Source of the DNA: Naegleria gruberi | Taxonomy: Eukaryota | Strand: one strand, 5' to 3' | NCBI GenBank assembly: GCA_000004985.1 | Contig: GG738902.1 | Length of the DNA: 64,000 nt | Part shown: positions 21,259 through 31,611 of the stretch, in pieces | Numbering within the stretch: the stretch's first letter is position 1 | Layout of the letters: every line of letters starts with the position of its first letter | Notes under the pieces: model-generated | Seen by the model: the letters and a program-made list of their open reading frames with translations, nothing else | Told to the model about the DNA's origin: nothing | Database searches by the model: none | Position numbers and translations under genes: made by a program

Positions 21259-22095
21259 TTAATTAAGTTGGGAAGCAAGCATGGTATCTTTCAATTCGAG
21301 GGCCTTTTTCTTATTGAGAGATTTTACCAAATAATTTCCACATACCACCAAGTTATCTAAATCTCTAATCCATTGAGTGTTTCTCAACAGTTGGTACGAG
21401 GAATCAGTGAGTAAATTTCCTTGCAAATTTAACCTCTTGACATGCTCGAATTTGTTTGACTCACAGAGAATTTTCAAACCCTCATCACCAATAAAGGTAT
21501 TCACCAATTCGAGACGTTTCAAATTTACAAGATATGGAGATTGAACGAGTGATTTAACACTTTTAGGACCGAAATCTGGATTATTGTGAATAATTAGAGT
21601 TTCGAGAGTTAAAAGTTTCGAACAATTTGCTAGCATCCCAAACGAGTCTGGACTAATATTCGAGCAAAACAGTTCTAATTCTTTCACATTTGTTAGGAAT
21701 GGGCTTTCAACAAGGGCTACTATTGCCGCATCATCAAAATCCATTCTGCCAAATCTGAGACTTGTGATATTTCTGCACTTTTCTGAATTCAAAAAGTGTT
21801 GCAACACTTCTAACGTTAATCCACTCGAGGACTGAATTTCCAATCTATTGAAATCTTGTGTTAAAAGAAGAGGTAGATGATTCTCTTGATTGATAATTAG
21901 TGAGAGGTCAACTTTAACTTTCTTCTCACAGGAATTTAATTTCTTAATCCTTGGTAAAGAAGGTGGCGATGAAGGACATGATGATGTCGAAGATGAAGCA
22001 ATGGATACGTTATCTGGTTGTGTGGCTTGATCAGTTTCCTTCTTTACACTTTTGTTCAATTTTCTTGGTTTCTTGCTGGTGAGTTGTTTTGGCAT
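21259..22095 (-). CDS. Leucine-rich-repeat (RNI-like) protein with a basic N-terminus.
   Basis: Repeated L..L.L..N.I.D.G..L motifs (NLKRLELVNTFIGDEGLKILC; RLNLQGNLLTDSSYQLL). Confidence 0.55.
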   Translation of the reverse strand: MPKQLTSKKPRKLNKSVKKETDQATQPDNVSIASSSTSSCPSSPPSLPRIKKLNSCEKKVKVDLSLIINQENHLPLLLTQDFNRLEIQSSSGLTLEVLQHFLNSEKCRNITSLRFGRMDFDDAAIVALVESPFLTNVKELELFCSNISPDSFGMLANCSKLLTLETLIIHNNPDFGPKSVKSLVQSPYLVNLKRLELVNTFIGDEGLKILCESNKFEHVKRLNLQGNLLTDSSYQLLRNTQWIRDLDNLVVCGNYLVKSLNKKKALELKDTMLASQLN

Positions 22096-22837
22096 TTTTT
22101 TTATGAGTGGAAAAATTATTTTTAGATTTGAAGTGTTGCTTTTAACAAGCTGCTAACGAAAATTTATGTTTTTTCGAGCTAAACACATCAATCAAAAAAT
22201 TCAATTTGAATAAAACATTGTTTTACAGTTATTTTCAATGTTTCTTTAAACAAGAATATTCTTGTCTATTTGATCTGTTAGTACTATTATGAAATAACTT
22301 AAAATTTAACTCTCGGAACTTCAACATGTCTTCCTAACGAATTCGTGTGGTGAACATTCCGAAACTTTCCTTTACACAAAACAACATGTTATTCAAGACA
22401 GAAAGTTCTTGTATTCCAATGTGTTCTTAAATACATTGCAAAGAAGATTTACATTCATGAGAAGAAAGCAACTACAATGAACGTTGGAAGGATTTCAATG
22501 ATATACAGTTCAATTAAGCTTCAATTAACTTTAAAATAGATTCTAATAACATTGAAAACTATCTTGTAACAAAGATACCCAAATTAGAGTTTGACCTCCA
22601 GGAAATTATTTCCAAACAACTGCAATAATATTGAAAAATGGTTCAAAAGAATCAGATTATAATAATTTTCTCTCTGTTATCCAAGCTTGAGGTGTTTTAA
22701 ATTACTCCTTGCGGCATTTCAACAACTGACCTTGCCTTACAACTCCATCTCCGTCTCCTTCTATCATTCGCATAATTGGCTTCTAAACTGAGTCAAGTCA
22801 ACTATGCCAAAAAAATCCATCAAAAAAAAAATTGAGA

Positions 22838-23464
22838 ATGAACAAACGCTTAACACTTTTATCTTTGTTCTTGCTATGCTTGTTAATAAGCATGTCACTT
22901 GTTCAACATGTCAACTCTTCTCGACCAAACTGTGCTGAGCCTCTCAACACACAAAACTCTGGTTCTTCAGATTCGTTTGGAAGGAAAACTCTTCAAGCAG
23001 CTGATCAAGATGTCAAGTTGTTGAACAATAAAGAGGGCATAACCTCTCTTCTCATTGATAGTATGGCCAGAAATGCAATGGCTCAATTATCTCCAAGTGT
23101 TTTCAATGGTGTTCTAGGCCCAACCAATAAGTACATTCCACTTGTTACATTTGAAGCACATGCAAATGCCAAATGTTATGCATGTCAAGTGGATTGTTTG
23201 AAAAAGTGGAAAGGATTAACGGAGAGAGCTCTTTTCAAATCATGTAAATATAGATATTTCTATTATGGATGTGATAGACCATGTTATGGAAGTCATACTG
23301 CTTCACAGAAGGATACTGCTGATATGATTGCTATTTGTTATGTTAGGAATAATTGCAGATTTGGAAATGTATTGCTTGATTATGCTAAAAAGTATAAGAA
23401 GAAGGCAATGAGTTCTATTGTGTGGGATATTGGAACAGCTGCTCAAAATACTAGAGCTGATTAG
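22838..23464 (+). CDS. Secreted cysteine-rich protein of unknown function.
   Basis: Signal peptide MNKRLTLLSLFLLCLLISMSLVQHVNS and about 10 Cys in the mature part. The ORF-track start at 22832 is TTG; the ATG is at 22838. Confidence 0.45.
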   Translation: MNKRLTLLSLFLLCLLISMSLVQHVNSSRPNCAEPLNTQNSGSSDSFGRKTLQAADQDVKLLNNKEGITSLLIDSMARNAMAQLSPSVFNGVLGPTNKYIPLVTFEAHANAKCYACQVDCLKKWKGLTERALFKSCKYRYFYYGCDRPCYGSHTASQKDTADMIAICYVRNNCRFGNVLLDYAKKYKKKAMSSIVWDIGTAAQNTRAD

Positions 23465-23654
23465 TTTTGATATTCTTTGATTTCGAATAAATAGTTGGAA
23501 ATGAATTTATTCTAATCTCTGTTCTGATACACGAATTATTTCGGTCAAATATTGAGAGTATAGGTGTGATAGTAGTTGATTCTTTTCAAATATTGTTCAT
23601 AATCCTTAAAGAAAATAGGAAACTGTTCCATGTAAAATTGTAATTGTTTCAAAA

Positions 23655-26071
23655 TTACTCAAACTCCCTTGTAAATATTCCAGAAAGATCTTGTTCTGAT
23701 AAAAAGGAACTACTCTCCCAAAATAGTGGATTCTCAAATCCTGTAATACCAACAGACGAGTAGTCTTCTGGTTGAGTAGGTGTAACTTCAATATTCAGTT
23801 GTGTATTTAGTGGAATGTCAATAGGAGTAGGTTGTACACTCACAACACGTCTAACTCTTATCAGAGACAAGTATTGTTCCATGTCTGCAAGAAGGTCCTT
23901 AAAGAAAAGCTCAACAAACTTGTATCGTTTTTTCATCAAATTAAAAGCTCTCATATCCTTCTCAAGAATATCGAAATAATCAATTCCGTTATATCTGAAA
24001 TCTGTACTTTGGCTTGAAATTAGTGTTTTGACAATTTGTAAATGCACATTGGTTGCCTTGGCTACACAGACAAGAGTTTCTATAGGGAAGAGTGGAAACC
24101 AAGCATGTTGCGTTATTTCTGTAATTTCCAAAGCTGCCTTCTCCATAATATCCCTAACAGTTGGATTGTGTGATTTAGATAGAATTGAAATTCTCAGTGA
24201 GTTTGCAATTAGAGTAAATATTGGATCAACTAGTTCTTCATACTCAGGTCCTACAATTCACTTGTTCAGATATTTGTTTTATAATGAAACTTACCATATG
24301 AAAAACATGCAAGAGCAGGACTCTTTGTTGGAGTGTCTATCAATCCTTTGGCCACCTTTTTGATATTCTCCACACACATTTGGACAACACTCCAAATTTC
24401 AAAACAATTTTCACTATTAACTTCTCTAGTCACTACACCGATCCATTCCTCTGGAAATTTATCCATTGTAAAGAAGCTATAAATATCAGGCAATCTTCTG
24501 AGGAATTCTTTCAAGTCCAAACGATTCAAATCATCTCCCAATACATTGTTAAAATAAAATACAAGATTTTCCAAATTTCTCTCACAGTCTGTCATAGTAG
24601 CTCTCTTCTCCTCGCCACTGAGTTGCGTCTTGACATAGTACTGGAGAATTTGCATGTAGAATTTTGCATTTTCGTATCTTCCAACCCAGCCTTCATACGA
24701 GGCCAAATTACCATAAGTTGCTGCAATATGATAGCTTTGAATTTGGTCAAACATTTTAGAAAGTGCCTTTTTGGCTCTTTGAGCTGTCTTTTCTGCTAGC
24801 TCAGCGAGTCCATATCTACATTCACACAATGCTCTCACCGATAAGAAGAGAGGGAACATTTCCTTCTTGTTGCTCTTTTCTCCTTCGATATCATTTGGTG
24901 TTGTAATGTAATTTTCCAATTCTTCCTTGCTCACCAATGGACATCCATCACATGCAATATCAAAATAAAAGTCAATCACATTTCTCTTACTGAGATGACC
25001 AACTTCTTCCACATTATCACTATCGGAATCACTATTTTTTTCTGCAATATTATTGTTGGTGGTTGAATGGTATGGTTTGAATTTTGGATCATTCGAAACT
25101 ACACCATCCTTTGGTTTGAATGAGGTAACTCCTTTCTTTTTCTTTCTCTTCTTTTTTTCCTCAGTTCCCTTGATTGCATTCCTCTTTGATTCTCTATAAA
25201 TACATTCCACAGATCGTTGTGTACATGCTGTACAACATGGCAATTTCTTATCTGTAATATTATGGTGAATTTTAAAATCAACAAATAATAAAATACCTAC
25301 CACTATTAAGGATTTAAAATTAAAATGTTATTTAGATTATTTACATACCATTTTCTATTAAATAGTTAATAATATGAAGATTAAAAACACATACCGATGC
25401 TGCTTTCTACAAGGCTCACAGGCAATTGGAAAGAATTCAGTATTATCGTCTGTTGCAGCTGTTTGATTTGGTGAGCCAGTCTTTTCGTTACCTTCTGAAC
25501 CATTACTACTGCTACTACTCGATTGGCCATTAATAACATTAGTTGATAAATTAATATTTTGATTTGGAATAAATCCTCTATTATTATTTACAAAATTCAA
25601 ATATTCTTGTTGTCTTTGTTGGAAAAGCAATCCGAAACTGTTTGGATTCATTCCTCCCAATAATTGTTGCTGCATTAATATTTGTTGAAGACTTGGATTG
25701 TGATTATTCATCATTAATTGTTGATTTACAGGATTCATTGCAGGTTGTTGATTATTTACAGAAGAAATCGATGGATCTTGAACAGTTTCCCAACCAGAAG
25801 CAGAATTTCCTAAAGACTTTCCGAGTGATGATAAAAATCCACCATTATTTCCACTACTTGTATTATCATTACCTAAATTTGAAAGGAAATTCATTGATGA
25901 TCCACTATTACTATTATTCATCATCATCATATTATTCATCAATACATTATTCATCATCAACTGGTGCTGAGACGTTGCCGAATAGCTTTGATTATTACTA
26001 TTCATTTCAAACGTTTGTTTGGTGTTGTTATTTGTTGGTTCCGAGTTGTCTTGATGATTTAACGGACGCAT
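23655..26071 (-). CDS. Zn(II)2Cys6 zinc-cluster transcription factor, paralog A. It has at least 5 exons, including 6-nt and 2-nt micro-exons inside the Zn-cluster coding region. Poly-Asn/Met N-terminus.
   Basis: Exon 1 runs 26071..25395 and ends ...CEPCRKQH-cg. GT-AG mini-introns (40, 46 and 49 nt) flank the micro-exons AAAATG (25354..25349) and TG (25302..25301). The next exon starts at 25251. Joined, they give C-EP-C-RKQHRK-C-DKKLPC-C-TA-C-TQRSVE-C, a canonical C-x2-C-x6-C-x6-C-x2-C-x6-C. A further GTAAGT intron lies at about 24150-24265. The downstream domains are paralogous to gene B (FPLFPIETLVCVAKATNVHLQIVK..IDYFDILEKD). Confidence 0.65.
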
Positions 26072-26640
26072 TTTTTTCTTTTAGAATTTAAAATTTCCCG
26101 CTACAAAAATGTTAAACACTTCAAAATTGGAATTAAAATTTTGTAATATTGTACCAAATAAATATGTTTAATCAAATTCCATTCTTGTAATTCATATCCT
26201 TTTGTTGTACAGCTTCACCAAGTCAACCAATAGACAATATTTGAACGATTCCACTTATTTTTTTCTATCAGGAAAATGCTTGAACAGAATCCTCAAATAA
26301 TGATGAAGGAATGAGATCATAAATGAGTTTGAAGAATTGTCTTTCCACTCAGTATCATCATGTTATCAATACTGAGATCAACATGCTTAGTAGAGGTGGA
26401 GAATAATAAAATTGAAATACCAGCAGCACTTTGGAGGACCTCCATTCGATTCTTGCTCCAATCGTGCTCTTTTTTGTCTCTTGTTCTCAATTATCAATGT
26501 GCGCTCAATTTCCGACGCAAGAATCAAAAAAAAAAAAGACGTTTTCCGTTCGCTCGTCCGTGATGCTTTAGAAACAAGCAACAGATAACAACACTGTAAA
26601 AAAGAAGAATTTGTGGCGTTTTGAGAAAGAGAAGGAAAGA

Positions 26641-29207
26641 ATGAATTCGTCATCAACATCACCACAACAGGCTCCTCCTCAAGGCTTTGGAAGTTTTCCT
26701 TCCTCCCCTAACAATAACATGTATACACAGCCTCAGCAACAACAATATTCTTCCTATAATAATAGTTTAAATAGTAGTAATAGTACTAATAACAACATGA
26801 TGATGATGAATAGTGTCCACCATCATCAGCCTCTTCCTTCATCTCCTTATAATCAACATCATCATGTGGCATCTCAATCAAACACCTCACAACAGCAACA
26901 GTATTATGATAATAACAATAATTATCAGGAATATAATAGACCACCGAATAATAATAACATGAATCATTCATCATCGATGAATAATGGTACGATGATTTCA
27001 CTTCCTAGTCAAAATTCCTCCTATCAGACGTCACCATCACAATATGGCAACAGTAATAACAATAACTTTATTTATAATATTCCACCACCATCCACACCAC
27101 AGCAACCACCACCTCAACAAAATTATCATAATGGAATGCAAGGAATGAGTAGTAGTTCATATCAATTTGCGAATAGTAATGGAATGCACAATAGAATGAA
27201 TAATCAAAATGTGTCACCACCCATGAATCAACAACAAAATCTCGAATCAAGTCCAGAAGAAAATTCGTCATCACCAAATGCTGAGCAATTGGGAAATTCG
27301 GATTTTCATCCCATCGCCTGTATAAATTGCAGAAAGCAACACAAACAATGGTAAGTTTAGTTATATTTGGAATTAAATCGATAACATTTTATAGTGGTAA
27401 GTATTAAATAAGAGAAATTGATTATTTAATGTTTCGGATATATAATTTAAACCTATCAGATAAGAAATTACCAAGTTGTCAACGATGTATTTCGAAAGGT
27501 ATAACTTGTGAATATAAAACGCCTAGAAGAATGAGATATCCAAATCAGTCGAAACAAAAACAACAGCAACAGTCAACTGAGGAACAGCAACAATCAGAAC
27601 CAAAGAAGAAGAAAAAGAAAACCGACTCGAAAGATAACCTAACACCAAAATCAAACTCTCCTCTCGATCCAGAAAATGTTTGTGCTCCAAATACAACTCT
27701 CACTAGCAGATTCCCTCAAACTCTCTCAAAAAAGAATATTATTGATATTTATTATAGCATGATATGCGATCACTTTATATTTATTGAAAAACCAGTATTG
27801 GAAAAGTATATTCTTTCCAAGAGTAATAGTGAAGATGTGGATGATTCAGAATTACCACTCAAGAAGGAAATGCAGACATTCTTCTTCTCTGTGACAGCAC
27901 TAGTGGAACAACGTATGGGAATGGGAGATTTATCTGAAAAATCAGCAAAGAAGGCTAGAGATTGTCTTTCTAAACTTTTTGATGAAATGAATAACTTTGT
28001 AGTTGCCTGTTCGTATGCAAATTTGGGATCATATGAGATTGGATCAGGACGAGTCAAACTATCCAGGTTCTATTTCCATAATGCCAAGTTTTACTTTGAA
28101 AGTTTGGACGATTCTGAAAAGTCAAGGTTATCAGAGCATGAAAAGGCTCTCCAAAAATACTTGACATCAGTGGAAATTGTAAATGCAGATAATGATCTAG
28201 GAATTTCAGCCATGATACATGACATGCCAAAAGTTTTTCATTTCACCACAGGACATCACTTACCTCAAGAAATTGTTAAAGCAACTCAACAAGAGGTCAG
28301 TCCTTCGAATTGTTTGGACTATCTCAAGATTGTGGAAATGATTGCCTCGTACTTGAACAAGTATTTCAGAGGTATGGCCACTAAAACTAGAGGAGAAAAG
28401 GAAATGGAAATGTATGACAAGGGTAGTAATCTCTGCCAAGGTTTACTAATGAACGGATTACGTGTAGGTGTCTTGACTAAGGCAGGGTATGGCAAGGATC
28501 TTATTGAAGAGTCTTCTTTGAGAATTACGTATGCGTCCGAGAGTGAATTTTTTCCATTCCTTCCTGTTATTGTAATTCCACACGTTGCTCTCGCTGCCCG
28601 TATTCACTTACAAATTGTAAAAAAGATTGAAAATGGTACCAGACAAAATCATCAGAAAGGGCTCACTTTCCAAAATACCGTTGGACCTATTGATTATTTT
28701 GATATTCTGGCAAAAGATTACAGATCACTCATTATTCTCTCTAAAAGATTTAAGAGAGTGTCGGTATGTTACGGTTCTCTCCTTGATGAAATTAAAGAGA
28801 TTTTAGGTAGGAGAGTTGAAGCTCAGCAAAACAACGACACCACCTCGACAAATAACTCTAATACTGTTACTACCCCAATTGCAGATGATGCACTCTTACA
28901 GCCACTTTCCTTAGACTCTTCCAGCCTGCCTCCACTGTCCTTCCTTCTAGGTTCTATGAATGATAATCCTTCACTACCTCAATCTTCAAGCTCTCAAAAA
29001 TCAACCCTTGATGGATATGCTTCCAACAATTTACAACAAAGCATTTTCAATTCAATAATTCAATCTCCAATCAAATCACCCTCACAACAACAAGAGTTGT
29101 ACTTTGCTGATCCATTCTTTACACACGAAGATTTACAACAAATATTTTCTCCACATACGTATGGCGATTTTGAGGATGTATCAGAATATAGTTTTAATGT
29201 GAAATAA
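26641..29207 (+). CDS. Zn(II)2Cys6 zinc-cluster transcription factor, paralog B. It is divergent (head to head) with A. Exons: 26641..27350, a micro-exon at 27395..27396 (TG), and 27459..29207.
   Basis: Exon 1 ends CINCRKQHKQ-tg|GTAAGT. The unit TAG|TG|GTAAGT is conserved with gene A. Exon 3 starts at ATAAG after CCTATCAG. Joined, they give C-IN-C-RKQHKQ-C-DKKLPS-C-QR-C-ISKGIT-C. The middle and C-terminal regions align with A and C. The ORF-track start at 26611 is TTG; the ATG is at 26641. Confidence 0.65.
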
Positions 29208-29555
29208 ATTAGTTCCTTTCCCATATAATATCTCTATTGTTCTTCCACGTATTTGGCTACATATTCAGGATAGCATGGCAATCTATCTCCTAGCATAACG
29301 TGGTGATTACCAGTTTGAGTTTCAGCTGTTGGTTCAAAGACTGGTTCCAAAGGCTTTTCCACAAATACTTCGTGATCTTTCTTAACTGGTAATTCTTCCT
29401 TCTTTTCTTCAACAACTGGTGTTTCTGTAATTGTTTCTTCCTTCTTTTCTTCAACTGGTGCTTCTACAACTTGAGTAGTTTCCACAGAAATTGGTGGTAC
29501 TTGTTCAATTGAACAAATAAATGGAATTGTTTCTTGAATTAACTTTTTACAATTT

Positions 29556-31460
29556 TCAACTTGATAATTCAATCAGGTAAATTCCAATTTGAACTTTTTT
29601 AGGAATAAATTGTTGTAATTCAACAGTTTCGTTTCCAAGGCTCTCCATGATTTTTCTTAATAATTCATAAATTTCAATAATTTCACTTAATTCATCCTTA
29701 TTTAACAATTGAATGTCAGTTAAATATTCTTGATTCAAATATGTTTTGATAAATTCATCCAATACTATTAACTTCTCTTCCAATTCTTGAATATATTTGG
29801 TCAATTTCATTAAAAAATTCTCCGATTTAATGCTTTCTACCATACAAGTCATGTTTAACTTTAGTTCATCAACTTGTGAACTTTCTTGTTCAAGTTTCAA
29901 TTCATTAGCATGTTCAAAACAATTCTTTAACTTTTCACAAATTTCCAAATATTCTTTTTGAAATTCATTTTCTAATACAGTACATAAAACCTTAATTGCA
30001 TTGATTTGTGAATTGGATTGAGTTTCTTCTTGTCTTTCAATATTTGTTTCTTGTGTTTCGTCTTGTTCTTTAATATTTTCGTCTTGTTTTTCGAGAGTTT
30101 CTTGATTTTCATCATGTTTTTCCTCTTGTTGTTCGAGAGTTTCTTGGTTTTCATCATGTTTTTCAAGTGGTTCTTGTTTTTCAAGAATTTCTTTCTTAAT
30201 TTTATCTTTTTCAACTTTTTCATTCAATTCCTTCTTAATTTTGGAAATTTCCTTTCCGTTGACTTTCCATAAATTGTTAATTTTAATATTTGGTGATTGA
30301 AGTAATAATTTAACAATTTCTAAACGTCCTTTTTCACATGCAATATGTAATGGAGACTAATAAATATTTAAAAATGTTGTAATTATTATTACTTACTTCC
30401 TATTATGGTAATGTTTAAAATAAGTATTAAATACAAACCATCTAAATAATAATGTAAAATATTTTAAATATTTAATTCTTACATGCTACGAGGAAATAAT
30501 TAATAAATTAATTATTAATTTACATACTTCCTAAAATAGATAAATAATTTAATTGGTTAATTACTCACTTTCTAATAACAAAGTTGGCAAATTAATTTCA
30601 ATATTTAATAATACTAACTTCCTATTAAAAAAATTAATATTAAATATTAAAAATACTAACAATCTAAAAAAATGTAAATATTTAAAATTGTTTAAAAACT
30701 TACAACTCTCTAAAACAAATATACACGTAATTTAATTAGTAGAGACTTACTTGCTAATAAAAATATTAATTTAAGATTATATTACTTAAATTACATACTT
30801 CCTAATAAGGAACTTGTTCATAAATAAAGAATTTAATACTTACTCCCTAATAATATTAACATTAAATAGTTATAAGTGAAATACTAACTTTCTAATAAAT
30901 TATTTTATAAATAACTAAGTATTAAATACTTACATGCTAATAAAATGCTAATTTAATACAAAATTACCAAATTTAGAATACTTACATACTAAAAATAGTA
31001 TTATTTTTATATTTTTTAATATTAAATTACTTACAGTCTGAAAATATTATTATTACAATGCTAGCAACACTTACAAACTAATAGCATTAAATATAAATAA
31101 TTAATTATTCAATTCCTTACATACTAATTAATTATTTAGTATTTTACAATATTTCCTTAAATACTTACTTTCTACAATCATACCCATTTAGATCTTATTA
31201 AACAATTGATATTCTACTCACATACTACTCAATTTTAAATATTTATAATGTTAATATTAAATAGTACTTACTCCCTTATTCACATCAAGTCCTCCACAAT
31301 TCAACAATAACTTGACAATTTCCAAATGTCCCCTCTCACAAGCCATGTACAACAATGTCTTATTCCGATCAGATTCATTTACCTTCGTTGGCTTGAAATA
31401 CTTTTTAAACTCGGCAACGTTTCCACTATTTGCAGCATCTACAAGATGAGGAGAGAGCAT
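29556..31460 (-). CDS. Ankyrin-repeat protein with a long Glu/Lys-rich coiled-coil C-terminus. The first coding exon is 31460..31272, the last is 30356..29556, and about 915 bp of intron between them carries the tandem splice-site array.
   Basis: The ATG is in an A-rich context. Exon 1 is MLSPHLVDAANSG...TLLYMACERGHLEIVKLLLNCGGLDVNKG|GTAAGT, an ANK repeat ending in phase 0. The last exon is TTAG|SPLHIACEKGRLEIVKLLLQSPNIKIN..., the second ANK repeat entering in phase 0, followed by an E/K-rich helical region. The downstream ORF 29234..29572 (-1 frame; PVEEKKEE repeats) may be a continuation across a frameshift or an unrecognised intron. Confidence 0.6.
30380..31240 (-). repeat. Tandem array of about 20 diverged ~45-bp units, each carrying (on the minus strand) a 3' splice site YTAG, then 3 nt (6 nt in one unit), then a consensus 5' splice site GTAAGT / GTATGT / GTGAGT.
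   Basis: On the plus strand the recurring core is aaTACTTAC-NNN-CTAATAA. On the minus strand the units read TAATAG|GAA|GTAAGT, CGTAG|CAT|GTAAGA, TTTTAG|GAA|GTATGT, TTAG|AAA|GTGAGT and so on. All inter-signal spacers are multiples of 3 and none is a stop codon. Confidence 0.7.
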
Positions 31461-31611
31461 TTTGATGTTTGGTGTTGTTTTGTTTTTTTTGAATGAAATT
31501 TTCTTTTTATCACCATATTAAGGCCTTAATGAAAGTTCATTATGGTTTGGGAACTTGTAATTTCTAGAAGTTGCGTTTGGAGTTTAATTAGAATGTTTAA
31601 AAATTGAAGTA

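Noticed and set aside
27351-27458. Single 108-nt intron in Zn2Cys6 gene B (donor 27351, acceptor 27458).
   Set aside because: It would place TGA immediately after the junction and lose the third cysteine. The two-intron / 2-nt micro-exon model restores the motif and is mirrored in paralog A.
30380-31240. Reading the tandem-unit region as ordinary contiguous ankyrin coding sequence.
   Set aside because: Every frame is stop-ridden across the units. Only the 3-nt cores are stop-free, so micro-exons or an intronic repeat fit better than a normal exon.
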